A stretch of DNA of 64,000 bases from Nostoc sp. DedSLP01 (GCA_034530875.2 JAVRCJ020000022.1:32001-96000); one strand, 5' to 3'. Shown: positions 43,563 through 53,467, counted from the first letter of the stretch. Numbers and translations are program-made. The notes: generated from the letters alone by a model not told the origin.

Positions 43563-44687
43563 TTACAGCCAAGGCACTTCTTCAGGTGCATAACGAAACG
43601 CACGGAAGACTGAATTTTGTTCCCCACGAGCAACTGCTGATTTTTCACCAGGAAGATTCCTGACGGCAAAGTGGGGATTAACATATTCCCAAACTATTTC
43701 TCCTGTAACTGTCACCTCAAAGATGCGACCGAAAGCACCTTCTGTAATTAAAGTGTTGCCATTGGCTAGACGTTGTGCACCTGATATATAAGAACTGAAA
43801 AAATTGTGAGGTGGGGTGTCAGTGTATTCCCAAACTATTTGTTTAGTTTGGCGGTTGACTTCAATTACACGAGAAAAATTGAGCGCAGTGTGACGGCGAT
43901 GTGCGCCATTATCAAAAATTAGGATATTGCCGTTAGCTAATTCGTTGGGAAAGTGCTGTTGTGCTAGGACGTCATCTCCAAGCGTCCAGATAATTTCTCC
44001 TGTGTGGCGATCGATAATTGCGACGGTAGAAATGTTACGAAAGCTGACTATAATATTGCCGTCAGCGAGTTCGCCTACAGTATTACCATGAGTCCATTCG
44101 TGCCGTTGGTCTTGGGGAGTGATAGTAAAAATATCTGGATCTAAATGTTCGTGGGCGTGCCAAGTCCAAACAATTTCACCACCAGGAGTAACTTCATAAA
44201 GTACATCAGCATAGATATCGCCGTCTGCTTCGGTTCCTGGTATACCACCTTTAATACGGGGAATCAAAGACTGGGGTATTTTTTCAATGGCTAATAAAAT
44301 CGTGTTACCGTTACGTAGTCTGCGCCCATCGTGATGATGATATGGATGTTTGTATTCCCAAATAATATTGCCTTTGGGATCTGCTTCTAAGACTACGCCC
44401 CCTTTAAAGGCAGCCCACAATGGAAAATGTGGCGGAATATTTAAGGTTTTTCCATTATAAAAAAGGTTGCCGTTGGGTAAGAGATAACCATATAAACCTG
44501 GTGGATAAGGCAAATTCCATTGATGTACCACTTCTCCTTCTAAATTGAGAAGATATACTTCTCCGTTACCTGTAAGTGGTGCAAAAAGCGTGTAACCTTT
44601 GAATACTTTGTCAGGATTATAAGCTCTTAATCCGGTACCACGGCGACGAATGGTATTTTGATCGACTAATGCAGTTGCGATCGTCAT
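43563..44687 (-). CDS. Aryl-sulfate sulfotransferase (ASST) family beta-propeller, no signal peptide
   Basis: HHHDGRRL.NGN, EWTHGN, IVSFRN, QQH.P, IFDNG, SSYISGAQRLANGNTLITEG; likely start ATG 44687. Confidence 0.85.
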   Translation of the reverse strand: MTIATALVDQNTIRRRGTGLRAYNPDKVFKGYTLFAPLTGNGEVYLLNLEGEVVHQWNLPYPPGLYGYLLPNGNLFYNGKTLNIPPHFPLWAAFKGGVVLEADPKGNIIWEYKHPYHHHDGRRLRNGNTILLAIEKIPQSLIPRIKGGIPGTEADGDIYADVLYEVTPGGEIVWTWHAHEHLDPDIFTITPQDQRHEWTHGNTVGELADGNIIVSFRNISTVAIIDRHTGEIIWTLGDDVLAQQHFPNELANGNILIFDNGAHRRHTALNFSRVIEVNRQTKQIVWEYTDTPPHNFFSSYISGAQRLANGNTLITEGAFGRIFEVTVTGEIVWEYVNPHFAVRNLPGEKSAVARGEQNSVFRAFRYAPEEVPWL

Positions 44688-44848
44688 AATTTTAATGGAT
44701 GGGATTGGGGATTGGGGATTAGGGACTGGGGACAAGGAGAATAATTCTTTCTTGTACAGACGCGATTAATCGCGTCTCTAATTCCTCACTCAAAACTCAA
44801 CTTTCAAGACTTTTATTTTGAATTTTGAATTTTGAATTTTGAATTGAT

Positions 44849-45886
44849 TCATGGTGCTGGATTTGGATATTCAGCGTGAACAGCATCTATTTCTGCCAAG
44901 ATATCTTTATCGAGAACTACATTGATACTTTCTAGATTCTCTTTAAGTTGTTCTAATGTAGTAGCGCCAATAATCGTGCTACCAACAAACCAACGACTCC
45001 GCACAAATGCTAAAGCTAATTGTGCGGGAATTAATTGATGGCGTTTGGCAATTTCTACATAAGCAGCGACTGCTTTGGTAACATTTGGTTTTAGATAGCG
45101 TTGACCAAAGTTTTCAAACAAAGCAACTCTGGTGTTTTCTGGTTTACCGTTGAGATATTTACCAGTTAAATAGCCAAATCCTAAAGGACTATAAGCTAAT
45201 AAAGGAATGTTTTCGTAATAAACTGCTTCTGCAAGAGCGCCATCAAAAACTCGATTGAGTAAATTGTAAGAATTTTGTATGGAAACAACTTTAGGCAATC
45301 CTAATTGTTTAGCTGCTTGGCTAAATTGTACAACTCCCCAAGGTGTTTCATTACTTAAGCCAATATAGCGAATTTTTCCTGCTCTAATGACATCAGCAAA
45401 TACTTCGAGTTGTTCGGTAATGGGAACTGTCTCTTTTACTTGATAAGGGTCGAAAACTGTTTGCCCAAAACGAGGTACATAGCGGTCGGGCCAATGAATT
45501 TGATACAAATCAATATAGTCTGTTTGTAATCTTTTCAGACTATCATCTACTGCTTGTTTAATATTGTCTCGGTCAATTGCTTTTGCTCCATCACGCAGCC
45601 ATTTAAAGCCTCTACCAGGCCCCGCAATTTTAGTGGCAATTATTAATTTATCTCGCTGTTGGTGTTTTAACCATTCTCCAATGTAAGTTTCTGTTAAACC
45701 ATAGGTTTCAGCACTGACTGGTACTGGATACATTTCAGCTGCATCTATGAAATTAACTTCATTATTAGTTGCATAGTCTAGCTGTTGATGGGCTTCTTCG
45801 ATAGTATTTTGCCGCCCATAAGTCATTGTACCCAGACAAATTTCAGAAACTTCTAGGTCACTATTCCCTAATTGATTATACCGCAT
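44849..45886 (-). CDS. NADP(H)-dependent aldo/keto reductase (Tas-like)
   Basis: VSEICLGTMTYG, FIDAAEMYP, SLKRLQTDYIDLYQIHWPDR, LAYSPLG; start ATG 45886. Confidence 0.92.
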   Translation of the reverse strand: MRYNQLGNSDLEVSEICLGTMTYGRQNTIEEAHQQLDYATNNEVNFIDAAEMYPVPVSAETYGLTETYIGEWLKHQQRDKLIIATKIAGPGRGFKWLRDGAKAIDRDNIKQAVDDSLKRLQTDYIDLYQIHWPDRYVPRFGQTVFDPYQVKETVPITEQLEVFADVIRAGKIRYIGLSNETPWGVVQFSQAAKQLGLPKVVSIQNSYNLLNRVFDGALAEAVYYENIPLLAYSPLGFGYLTGKYLNGKPENTRVALFENFGQRYLKPNVTKAVAAYVEIAKRHQLIPAQLALAFVRSRWFVGSTIIGATTLEQLKENLESINVVLDKDILAEIDAVHAEYPNPAP

Positions 45887-45977
45887 ATTTTGGGATAATT
45901 TTATTATTCGTTTGACAATTTTTATTGTTGAGTTTTTATTACTCAATAAGGAACCGATTAGAATTATTTGAATAATA

Positions 45978-46005
45978 CTACGGTATGTCTATCAAATTAA
46001 GTGAC
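45978..46005. promoter_or_regulatory. Operator-like box 2 (divergent AKR / 2OG-oxygenase promoter region)
   Basis: CTACGGTATGTCTATCAAATTAAGTGAC; the left half matches box 3, the right half is degenerate. Confidence 0.55.
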
Positions 46006-46139
46006 TTAAGATAAAGTTTACAATTGTATGTAAATCAACCTCGATTTTATATAGTTGATGGGTAGTAGCGATCGCCATAACTAAAATTCTAGTTATCGAT
46101 ATAATTTTCTGTATACCTTAGCGATAAAAGAATCTAATT

Positions 46140-47159
46140 ATGACAGTCTTACAAGCTATAGACAAAAAGTTTTCACAAGTACCTGTTATTGATATTAGTA
46201 CGTTGATTTACCAAACTAATAACTCTTGCGATCTAATTGCCGACCAAATCAGACAAGCGTGCCAAGATTACGGTTTCTTCTATATTATTGGTCATGGAGT
46301 TAACGAACAATTACAAGAGCAGTTAGAAAATCTCAGTCAAGAATTCTTCGCCCAGGATATAGAAACTAAACTGAAAATTCGTATGGCTCTTGGTGGTAGA
46401 GCATGGCGAGGATATTTCCCTGTTGGCAACGAATTAACATCAGGTAAACCTGATTTAAAAGAAGGCATTTACTTTGGTACAGAATTAGAAGAAAACCATC
46501 CTTTAGTGCAAGCTGGTACACCAATGCACGGCAGCAATCTTTTTCCATCTAATATTCCCCAATTTAGGGAAACAGTACTTGAGTATATAGAAGCAATGAC
46601 TAAACTCGGACACACCTTGATGTCTGGTATCGCTTTAAGTTTGGGATTAGAAAAGTCTTACTTTGCAGACCGTTATACAAAAGACCCATTGATATTATTT
46701 CGGATTTTCAATTATCCTCCTAATTCATCATTATCTAAATCTGAATGGGGTGTTGGCGAACATACTGATTATGGAGTCTTGACTATCCTCAAGCAAGATA
46801 ATATCGGGGGATTACAAGTCAAATCAAAGTCTGGTTGGATAGATGCGCCTCCTATTCCTAACTCCTTTGTTTGCAACATTGGAGATATGCTCGATCGCAT
46901 GACAAGAGGATTGTATCGCTCAACGCCCCACCGCGTTAAAAACCTATCAACAAGTAATCGCCTATCATTTCCCTTCTTCTTTGACCCCAATTTCAACGTT
47001 GAAGTCAAACCCATTGAACTAAATGACGTAGTAGTGAATGACGATCGAAGCGATCGCTGGGATAAAGCCAGCGTCCACGAATTTAGCGGCACTTATGGCG
47101 ACTATCTCTTAAATAAAGTCTCCAAAGTCTTCCCAGAACTACGTCAAACAGTACTTTAG
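46140..47159 (+). CDS. 2-oxoglutarate/Fe(II) oxygenase, isopenicillin N synthase family
   Basis: VPVIDIS, GFFYIIGHGV, HTDYG (HxD), STPHRV, RLSFPFF. Confidence 0.92.
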   Translation: MTVLQAIDKKFSQVPVIDISTLIYQTNNSCDLIADQIRQACQDYGFFYIIGHGVNEQLQEQLENLSQEFFAQDIETKLKIRMALGGRAWRGYFPVGNELTSGKPDLKEGIYFGTELEENHPLVQAGTPMHGSNLFPSNIPQFRETVLEYIEAMTKLGHTLMSGIALSLGLEKSYFADRYTKDPLILFRIFNYPPNSSLSKSEWGVGEHTDYGVLTILKQDNIGGLQVKSKSGWIDAPPIPNSFVCNIGDMLDRMTRGLYRSTPHRVKNLSTSNRLSFPFFFDPNFNVEVKPIELNDVVVNDDRSDRWDKASVHEFSGTYGDYLLNKVSKVFPELRQTVL

Positions 47160-47237
47160 AGTTCTGAGTGAGACGCGATTAATCGCATCTGTACAAGAAT
47201 TATTCTCCTTGCCCCCCTGCCTCTTGCCTCCTGCCTC

Positions 47238-48461
47238 CTAATAAACAGATGTCAACAACTTATCTATCGCTGCTCGAAACGCTGTTGCTGCACCAGCACT
47301 CATATCACGAGGAGCGCAGATGCGATTTCTCAGATAAGCAAAAGTAATAGCCCCCACAGCAGCGAAGATAGAATCAACACTGCTATTTTTACCACCAGTG
47401 CGACCGCCCGATAAACTCTCGCCATTGCCATGAATGAGATAATCAGCCAGTTGTCGCAAGTGAAAATCAACAGCTTCCTTAACTGTGGTAAAGTCGCCAT
47501 CTGCTGCTAATGCTTGGACTCCAGAGTTTTTGATAATATCTGCGATCGCAACTTCTCGATTATCGCTCAATCTCTCAGCTGCTTCTGCTCGAAATTCAAT
47601 GTTCTGACTATGTGCTGCATCCAAAGCTAAGGGATTTCCAGTCGGTTCGACACCCCATCTGCGACGTAACAGTAAATTGTTAGTAACATTATCCGACTTT
47701 ACCCGATGATAAGCGGGGCGATCGTTGAGTGCTTCAAACCAAGCATTGATACGAGGATAGCGAGGATTTCCTTTCAGGTGATATCCCCGATATACAGGTA
47801 AATTAGCCGCCAATCTATCCAGATGGGGACTATACATAGCATCTACCAAGCTAAACGTACTTACAAAGTAGGGGCCTGGATATTTAGCCAAAACTTGTTC
47901 GAGTTCGTCCAACTTGGCCTCAAATGCTGTTTGTAAATTTGCCAACTCATCAGCATCTAGAGATGGTTCTCTAAGGTATTTGTAAGCAATCTCTTTAAAA
48001 CCGTTAGTTTCAGCCTCTTCAACCAACTGTCTAGCAATAGCATTCTCCTCTGGATCTTGCGGTAACAATGGAGGATCGGGAAACCTTTCTTCTAAAGCTA
48101 AGAGAATATCTTTGGATTCATATACTAACTTTCCGTCAATTTTTGCAGCCGGGACAAGGGCTGTCGGAACTAGGTCAGTGTACCATTTGGGTTTATTACT
48201 TAAATCGATAAACTCCGTTGCAAAGGGAATTTGCTTTTCTTCTAAAGCAAACCAAACTCGCTCGCAAAAAGGACACCAGGAATTAGTATCTCGATAAAGC
48301 AAGACTAGTGGTTGTGTATTTGGCGGAAGTTTATCTAAACTGCTGGGAATTGGTGCAGTAGAAGGAGATTGTCCCGGCCTCTTTACCCTACGCGCAGAGG
48401 TATTTTTTCTCGCAGTTTCTAAAAGTTCTTCCCAACTCGATACTGTGTTTTGAATAGACAT
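47238..48461 (-). CDS. Long GST-family protein with CPFC motif and C-terminal extension
   Basis: LYRDTNSWCPFCERVW, KPKWY, VYESKDIL, FSLVD, RICAPRDMS. Confidence 0.85.
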   Translation of the reverse strand: MSIQNTVSSWEELLETARKNTSARRVKRPGQSPSTAPIPSSLDKLPPNTQPLVLLYRDTNSWCPFCERVWFALEEKQIPFATEFIDLSNKPKWYTDLVPTALVPAAKIDGKLVYESKDILLALEERFPDPPLLPQDPEENAIARQLVEEAETNGFKEIAYKYLREPSLDADELANLQTAFEAKLDELEQVLAKYPGPYFVSTFSLVDAMYSPHLDRLAANLPVYRGYHLKGNPRYPRINAWFEALNDRPAYHRVKSDNVTNNLLLRRRWGVEPTGNPLALDAAHSQNIEFRAEAAERLSDNREVAIADIIKNSGVQALAADGDFTTVKEAVDFHLRQLADYLIHGNGESLSGGRTGGKNSSVDSIFAAVGAITFAYLRNRICAPRDMSAGAATAFRAAIDKLLTSVY

Positions 48462-48464
48462 TTG

Positions 48465-49121
48465 CTACCTCGCTCTATTAGGAACGCCAGAAAACACAAA
48501 TAACTGTTGCTCTTTGGGTTGAGGTAAATTTTCACCAAGGTAACGATGAATACCTACTCCCATATCTCCTGTAGCCGTAAGTTTGAAGTTAACTTCTTCA
48601 AATCCAGATTTACTGAAAATTCTCCGCACATTATCAGAGTGTGGAATACCCTGAGAGTGTCCGCGAGTCCAGAGGACGAAAGTACCAGGTTTACTCAGAA
48701 AGCTCAAGTTATCAAGTAAGCGACTCAATTCTCCTTCATCAGGTAGATTACCAAAAACACCGCAGGCGATCGCAATATCTGCCGGAACTGCACCTATATA
48801 GTTACTAGAAAGAGTTGCATCACCATTGATAAACTCAATTTGCTTGCTCAAACCCAATGATTCTATAGTTGCTCGTCCCCGTTCAACTAAATCTGGATTT
48901 ATTTCAACCAGTCGTGCGCGAACATCTTTCGCCCGGTGGTGATTTTTTAAAACCCCTAGTAAATCTCGCCCATCACCCGCACAAACACTCACTATTCTGA
49001 TAGTTCCATCTGGCGACGCATTCAAGCTATAAGCAATATATTCCCGCACGATTTCTAGACGCTGCTGCAATTTTGGCTCAGTGTTGTAGAGGTCGTGCCA
49101 TTCATACCAATCTTTTGGCAT
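48465..49121 (-). CDS. Class I SAM-dependent methyltransferase
   Basis: KDWYEWH, IVSVCAGDGRDLLG, LVEINP, FINGDA; likely start ATG 49121. Confidence 0.8.
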   Translation of the reverse strand: MPKDWYEWHDLYNTEPKLQQRLEIVREYIAYSLNASPDGTIRIVSVCAGDGRDLLGVLKNHHRAKDVRARLVEINPDLVERGRATIESLGLSKQIEFINGDATLSSNYIGAVPADIAIACGVFGNLPDEGELSRLLDNLSFLSKPGTFVLWTRGHSQGIPHSDNVRRIFSKSGFEEVNFKLTATGDMGVGIHRYLGENLPQPKEQQLFVFSGVPNRAR

Positions 49122-49162
49122 AAGGGGTGATTCCCATTTGATGCACACTGTTTATTTACAAA

Positions 49163-49190
49163 CTACGGTTAGTTTATCAATTAAATGTAG
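49163..49190. promoter_or_regulatory. Operator-like box 3 (upstream of the methyltransferase-GST unit)
   Basis: CTACGGTTAGTTTATCAATTAAATGTAG, an exact CTAC-N20-GTAG. Confidence 0.7.
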
Positions 49191-49568
49191 TTTATGAATC
49201 AGAGGTAGAGTATCACAGATATTCATCTAAAATCAAGCCTGATTCGGTGCGATCGCCATTAAGCAGTATTTATACGGTTATTGTTGTATAACAATAATTA
49301 GCCCTTTAGCCCTCGGTTGAGACTGTAAAATTAAAGTTAAAGTTATCTTTTAGCCTTAGAAGCTAAGTTCTCGTAAAATTTTTTCTAGAGCAGCGCCTTA
49401 AGGTGTATTTGATATCCCTGTACATCTCAGTAGGCAAAATTTTGACAATTAATCAGCTTTACAAGCAACCTTCGATCCGTATTCTTCACATTTTAGTTTC
49501 ATAAAAATTAACTGTAGATTAGGACAGTATCAGTACAACCTATACTTGGCGTAAAGGAGAAGTATACT

Positions 49569-50024
49569 ATGCTGTCAGATGTAATACGTCAAAAACAAAT
49601 AATTGAAAAAACTGTTCGTAAGATTTGTGAAGGAATAAATGCTGGAATTTGGCGGTTTAGCTTACAGTCTTTTGATAATGTAGATTCTGGCGATGTTTAC
49701 GAGATTTATGGTATTGAGGGTAAAGCTCTTTGCCAGGAGTATGAAGTAAGTCTTGGTTTTGAGTCCAAGCGTTCACTGAAAGATATTGAAGATCTAGAAT
49801 CTTACAAGTGGTATTTTTCATCTAACCTTAAGCAATCAAATCGAGCAGATCCCTTTGCGTTCAAAGGTGAGCTTGATGGAGTAGCAATTCAGTATGGTAG
49901 ACATCGCCCAGAAGAAAAAGAAATTTTGGAATTAGTCAGAGATTCCATTAGTCTTCTTCAAGAATCTCAAATTACTTTTGACTTGCAAGATATAGATAAT
50001 ACAGTGTGTGTACATTGCCATTAA
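49569..50024 (+). CDS. Hypothetical protein
   Basis: 151-aa ORF with an AAGGAG RBS. Confidence 0.65.
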   Translation: MLSDVIRQKQIIEKTVRKICEGINAGIWRFSLQSFDNVDSGDVYEIYGIEGKALCQEYEVSLGFESKRSLKDIEDLESYKWYFSSNLKQSNRADPFAFKGELDGVAIQYGRHRPEEKEILELVRDSISLLQESQITFDLQDIDNTVCVHCH

Positions 50025-50070
50025 ATGTAACTGAAGAGCTAAAAACACTTTAACTGTATATATCCGAATA

Positions 50071-50400
50071 TTACCTAGCAACAACTCTTGTTCGAGCTTG
50101 TGAGTGAGATTGAGGTTTAGCTGTCACTACAATCTCTACATCTTGACCCAACGCATTCAGGAAGCGAAACAACCGCACGGTAGAAAAGCCTGATAATTTT
50201 CCATTCGTCAAAGCAGATATTTTTGGTCGATCGATTCCTAAAAGTTCTGCTGCTTGAGCCTGCGTCATTTGTTGCATACTAATAATATTGCTAATCTTAC
50301 GTGCAAGTTCAGCTTTCACTAGCAATTCATCAGAGTTCTCTAAATCCAAATCGGCAAATATATTACCGCTACTAGCTTTTATTTTAATTTCTTCACTCAT
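50071..50400 (-). CDS. XRE/HTH_37 antitoxin (HigA-like)
   Basis: SSGNIFADLDL, KAEL, MTQAQAAELLGIDRPKISAL, FS..RL.RFLNALG.DVEI. Confidence 0.9.
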   Translation of the reverse strand: MSEEIKIKASSGNIFADLDLENSDELLVKAELARKISNIISMQQMTQAQAAELLGIDRPKISALTNGKLSGFSTVRLFRFLNALGQDVEIVVTAKPQSHSQARTRVVAR

Positions 50401-50780
50401 TCTGGCTCCCCCTGCTGCTGGCTATAGTTTTCTTTGTAATGCTCTTTTGCTCGCTTAAGTCTTTTTTCAATCAGATCGATATCTTGCTTTGGTGTAGCTA
50501 GACCGTGCTTTGATTTCTTTTGAAAAGCGTGTAAAACATAAATTACACCCGCAAGCTTTACAGTATAAACGGCTCGATAAGTATCTCCATCAAAGTCTTC
50601 TACAACTTCCAGCACTCCAGCACCTTTAAATCCTTTGAGTAGCTTAGCTGAGGGATGTTTCTCACCAGATTGAGCTAAGTACAGAGCATAACCCATAACT
50701 TGCCGTACTTCCTCTGGGAATTCTTTCAAATCCTCAAGCGAACTTCCAACCTACTCAACTAGTTTCAACGATAAACTCAT
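50397..50780 (-). pseudogene. RelE/HigB (Gp49-like) toxin with a premature TAG at codon 10
   Basis: ATG 50780 reads MSLSLKLVE*VGSSLEDLKEFPEEVRQ...YRAVY...IYVLHAFQKKS. The TAG (50751-50753) sits at the usually conserved Trp of W.GSS. Confidence 0.85.
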
Positions 50781-51114
50781 ACTTGAAGTATGCTAGTTTT
50801 GGCATATTACTGTCAATATTCTGCGTACTTCTAGGAAGAATTGGTGTAGGCTTAAAGATTTTAAAATTTTCCTACTAATCATCTTACACTGCCTCAATTT
50901 ACTTATGTATTAAATAAAACTGAGTAAATTACATCTAAACCCTTGAATTTACAATTTATCGACATTAATTTCAGTATAATTTACAGCCAGACATACAGTT
51001 GCTATAATATTTAGTTATTCTAAATATTTGTAATTAATAAATTTAGGTAAGCATATATTTTATTTGCGAAAGACTTGAATTTTATTTAGTGGCGTGCAAT
51101 ACTGGTAAATTAAT

Positions 51115-51142
51115 CACCGTTAAATCGGTCAATAATTAGTAT
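51115..51142. promoter_or_regulatory. Operator-like box 4 (upstream of the flavoprotein)
   Basis: CACCGTTAAATCGGTCAATAATTAGTAT; shares the TAAATCGGT core with box 1 in the same register. Confidence 0.6.
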
Positions 51143-51399
51143 TTTTCAAAAAACGTCTGTATTAGCTTAAAGAATAAGCATTTCAGTTCATCTTCAACTG
51201 ATGCATAGATTGATGCATAGATGAATTTGGCAAATCATGTGTATGGTCTTAAAAAGATTCCTGTCTATCGATTTCAGGAGTGAGAACTAGTGAAAGATTA
51301 GCAAATTTGCAATTCCTAAAAGTTTTTCTACAAGCTCCCTCGGATTCTTGGGGAAGCTTTACCCTTCCCCTTTTTCTTATTTTTAAAGGAGTAAATTTC

Positions 51400-53013
51400 A
51401 TGAATAGTCCTATCCCTCAAGATTCTTCTCATCTAGATTTAGTAACTGATGTATTAATTATTGGCGGCGGCCCGTCTGGTACTTGGGCTGCTTGGAGTGC
51501 AGCAAGTAATGGGGCAAAAGTCGTTCTAGTGGACAAAGGTTACTGCGGTACAAGTGGTGCAGCAGCGGCCTCTGGAAATGGCGTATGGTATATTCCACCA
51601 GACCCAGAACAACGGGAAGCAGCAATGGCAAGCCGGGAAGCGATGGGAGGCTTTCTTGCAGACCGCCACTGGATGACTAGGGTATTAGATAGGACATACG
51701 ACAACATTAACTCCCTTGCGGATGAGGGGTATCGTTTCAGCGTTGATGCTAATGGCAAGGTCATTCGTCGTTCCTTGCAAGGGCCGGAATATATGCGGTT
51801 CATGCGGAAAAAGATTAAGCAAGCAGGAGTGAAAATCTTAGACCACAGCCCTGCTTTAGAGTTGTTGGTGGATGCAGAAGGTGCTGTGGCTGGTGCTAAG
51901 GGTATCAATCGTCAATCTGGGGAACGGTGGAGAGTTCGAGCCGGGGCAGTTGTGATTGCTACAGGTGGTTGTGCTTTCTTAAGTAAGGCTCTTGGTTGTA
52001 ATGTCCTTACAGGCGATGGTCTGTTGATGGCAGCGGAGGCCGGTGCTGATTTTTCTGGTATGGAATTTTCTAATGCTTACGCAATTGCTCCAGCTTTTTC
52101 CTCTGTTACCAAGACTCGTTATTATGAATGGGCTTCTTTCACTTATGAAGATGGCACGGTAATTGAGGGTGCAGGTTCTAAGCGCGGTCGTTCTATAATT
52201 GCCAAAACATTGCTGACTCAGCCAGTTTATGCGTGTCTCGACCAAAATATGGATGAGGAAACAAAAGCTTGGATGCGGGGATCTCAGCCTAACTTCTTTA
52301 TTGCTTTCGATCGCGCTGGTATTGACCCCTTCACTCAAAGATTCCCGATAACTTTACGTTTGGAAGGAACTGTACGCGGTACTGGTGGTATTCGGATTGC
52401 AGACTACACCTGTGCTAGTTCAGTGAATGGACTCTATGCCGCGGGAGATGCAGCGACAAGAGAGTTAATCTGTGGTGGCTTTACAGGTGGTGGTAGCCAT
52501 AATGCAGCCTGGGCAATGTCTTCTGGCTACTGGTCTGGACAATCTGCTGCTAACTATGCCTTGAGTTTAGGAGAACGAGCAAACCAGCGTAGCGTCCAAG
52601 GAGTTGGTGAAGCGGGATTGTATGGGGAAGGTAATAAGAGATTTTCACCCGATGACGCGATCGCTGCAACTCAAGCCGAAGTTTTCCCTTACGACCGCAA
52701 CCTCTTCCGCAGTGCTGCTGGGTTAAGCGCATCCTTAGATAGACTAAATCACCTCTGGCAAGAAATCCGCCATAGCCACACACCAAATGATAGCCAAATT
52801 GTGCGATCGCGGGAAGTTGCAGCGATGGTTGCTACTGCTCGTTGGATGTACAACAGCGGTTTGCAACGTCAGGAAACTAGAGGTATGCACAAGCGCGTCG
52901 ATTTCCCACAACAAGACCCTAACCAGCAATATCGGCTCCTCAGTGGTGGATTAGATAAGATTTGGGTGAAACCTGAGTTAGTTGTTAGCGGTCGAGAATT
53001 AGTCACAGCGTGA
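51400..53013 (+). CDS. Fumarate reductase/APS reductase-like flavoprotein (AsfA-like)
   Basis: DVLIIGGGPSG, VDKGYCGTSG, VVIATGG, TGDG, GLYAAGD, RQETRGMH.R.DFP; AAGGAG RBS before ATG 51400. Confidence 0.85.
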   Translation: MNSPIPQDSSHLDLVTDVLIIGGGPSGTWAAWSAASNGAKVVLVDKGYCGTSGAAAASGNGVWYIPPDPEQREAAMASREAMGGFLADRHWMTRVLDRTYDNINSLADEGYRFSVDANGKVIRRSLQGPEYMRFMRKKIKQAGVKILDHSPALELLVDAEGAVAGAKGINRQSGERWRVRAGAVVIATGGCAFLSKALGCNVLTGDGLLMAAEAGADFSGMEFSNAYAIAPAFSSVTKTRYYEWASFTYEDGTVIEGAGSKRGRSIIAKTLLTQPVYACLDQNMDEETKAWMRGSQPNFFIAFDRAGIDPFTQRFPITLRLEGTVRGTGGIRIADYTCASSVNGLYAAGDAATRELICGGFTGGGSHNAAWAMSSGYWSGQSAANYALSLGERANQRSVQGVGEAGLYGEGNKRFSPDDAIAATQAEVFPYDRNLFRSAAGLSASLDRLNHLWQEIRHSHTPNDSQIVRSREVAAMVATARWMYNSGLQRQETRGMHKRVDFPQQDPNQQYRLLSGGLDKIWVKPELVVSGRELVTA

Positions 53014-53035
53014 TAATTGCAAACTCAAGACTATT

Positions 53036-53362
53036 TCAGAATTGATTTAGTGTTTGTTCGTACAAAGCTCCATGTGCCTCGCTGTCTACCAACACTCCAT
53101 CACAGTCGAAATTTACCAGTTGTGTTTCTAGTTTACTTATTTCTTTAACAGCTTCTTCATTAATATCATCCATTGATTCATAGGTCTCATAAGGGTGTGA
53201 GCCTTGAGCAATTACCCGATGGCTATGAATGCTGACTTGACTGGAAAAAGCAGAGTGAAAGTCAGGCTCAAATGTGGTGTTACCTGCTGGTAATAGCAAG
53301 CCCAGGCGGATATGCCTATGGGAGTCAGCTTTAGAGTACATCTGAATCTCTGTTGTTGACAA
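53036..53362 (-). pseudogene. Chimeric remnant: maleate isomerase/Asp-Glu racemase N-terminus fused to a HAD hydrolase start
   Basis: RLGLLLPAGNTTFEPDF...SIHSHRV followed by LVNFDCDGVLVDSE and an early stop. Confidence 0.65.
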
Positions 53363-53439
53363 GCCTAATTATATCTAGATATTTAGTTACCCTAATAATT
53401 AGGTATACATATTTTCAGATAGCCTGTATAATGTTTAAA

Positions 53440-53467
53440 CTACGATAAATCGACCGATAAAGTGTAA
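53440..53467. promoter_or_regulatory. Operator-like box 5 (upstream of the GST-dioxygenase unit)
   Basis: CTACGATAAATCGACCGATAAAGTGTAA; a perfect -10 TATAAT (53427-53432) lies 7 nt upstream. Confidence 0.7.

Noticed and set aside
46038..46068. Sixth operator box facing the 2OG oxygenase
   Set aside because: Only one GTAG half-site matches, and that protein is not Cys/Met-depleted.
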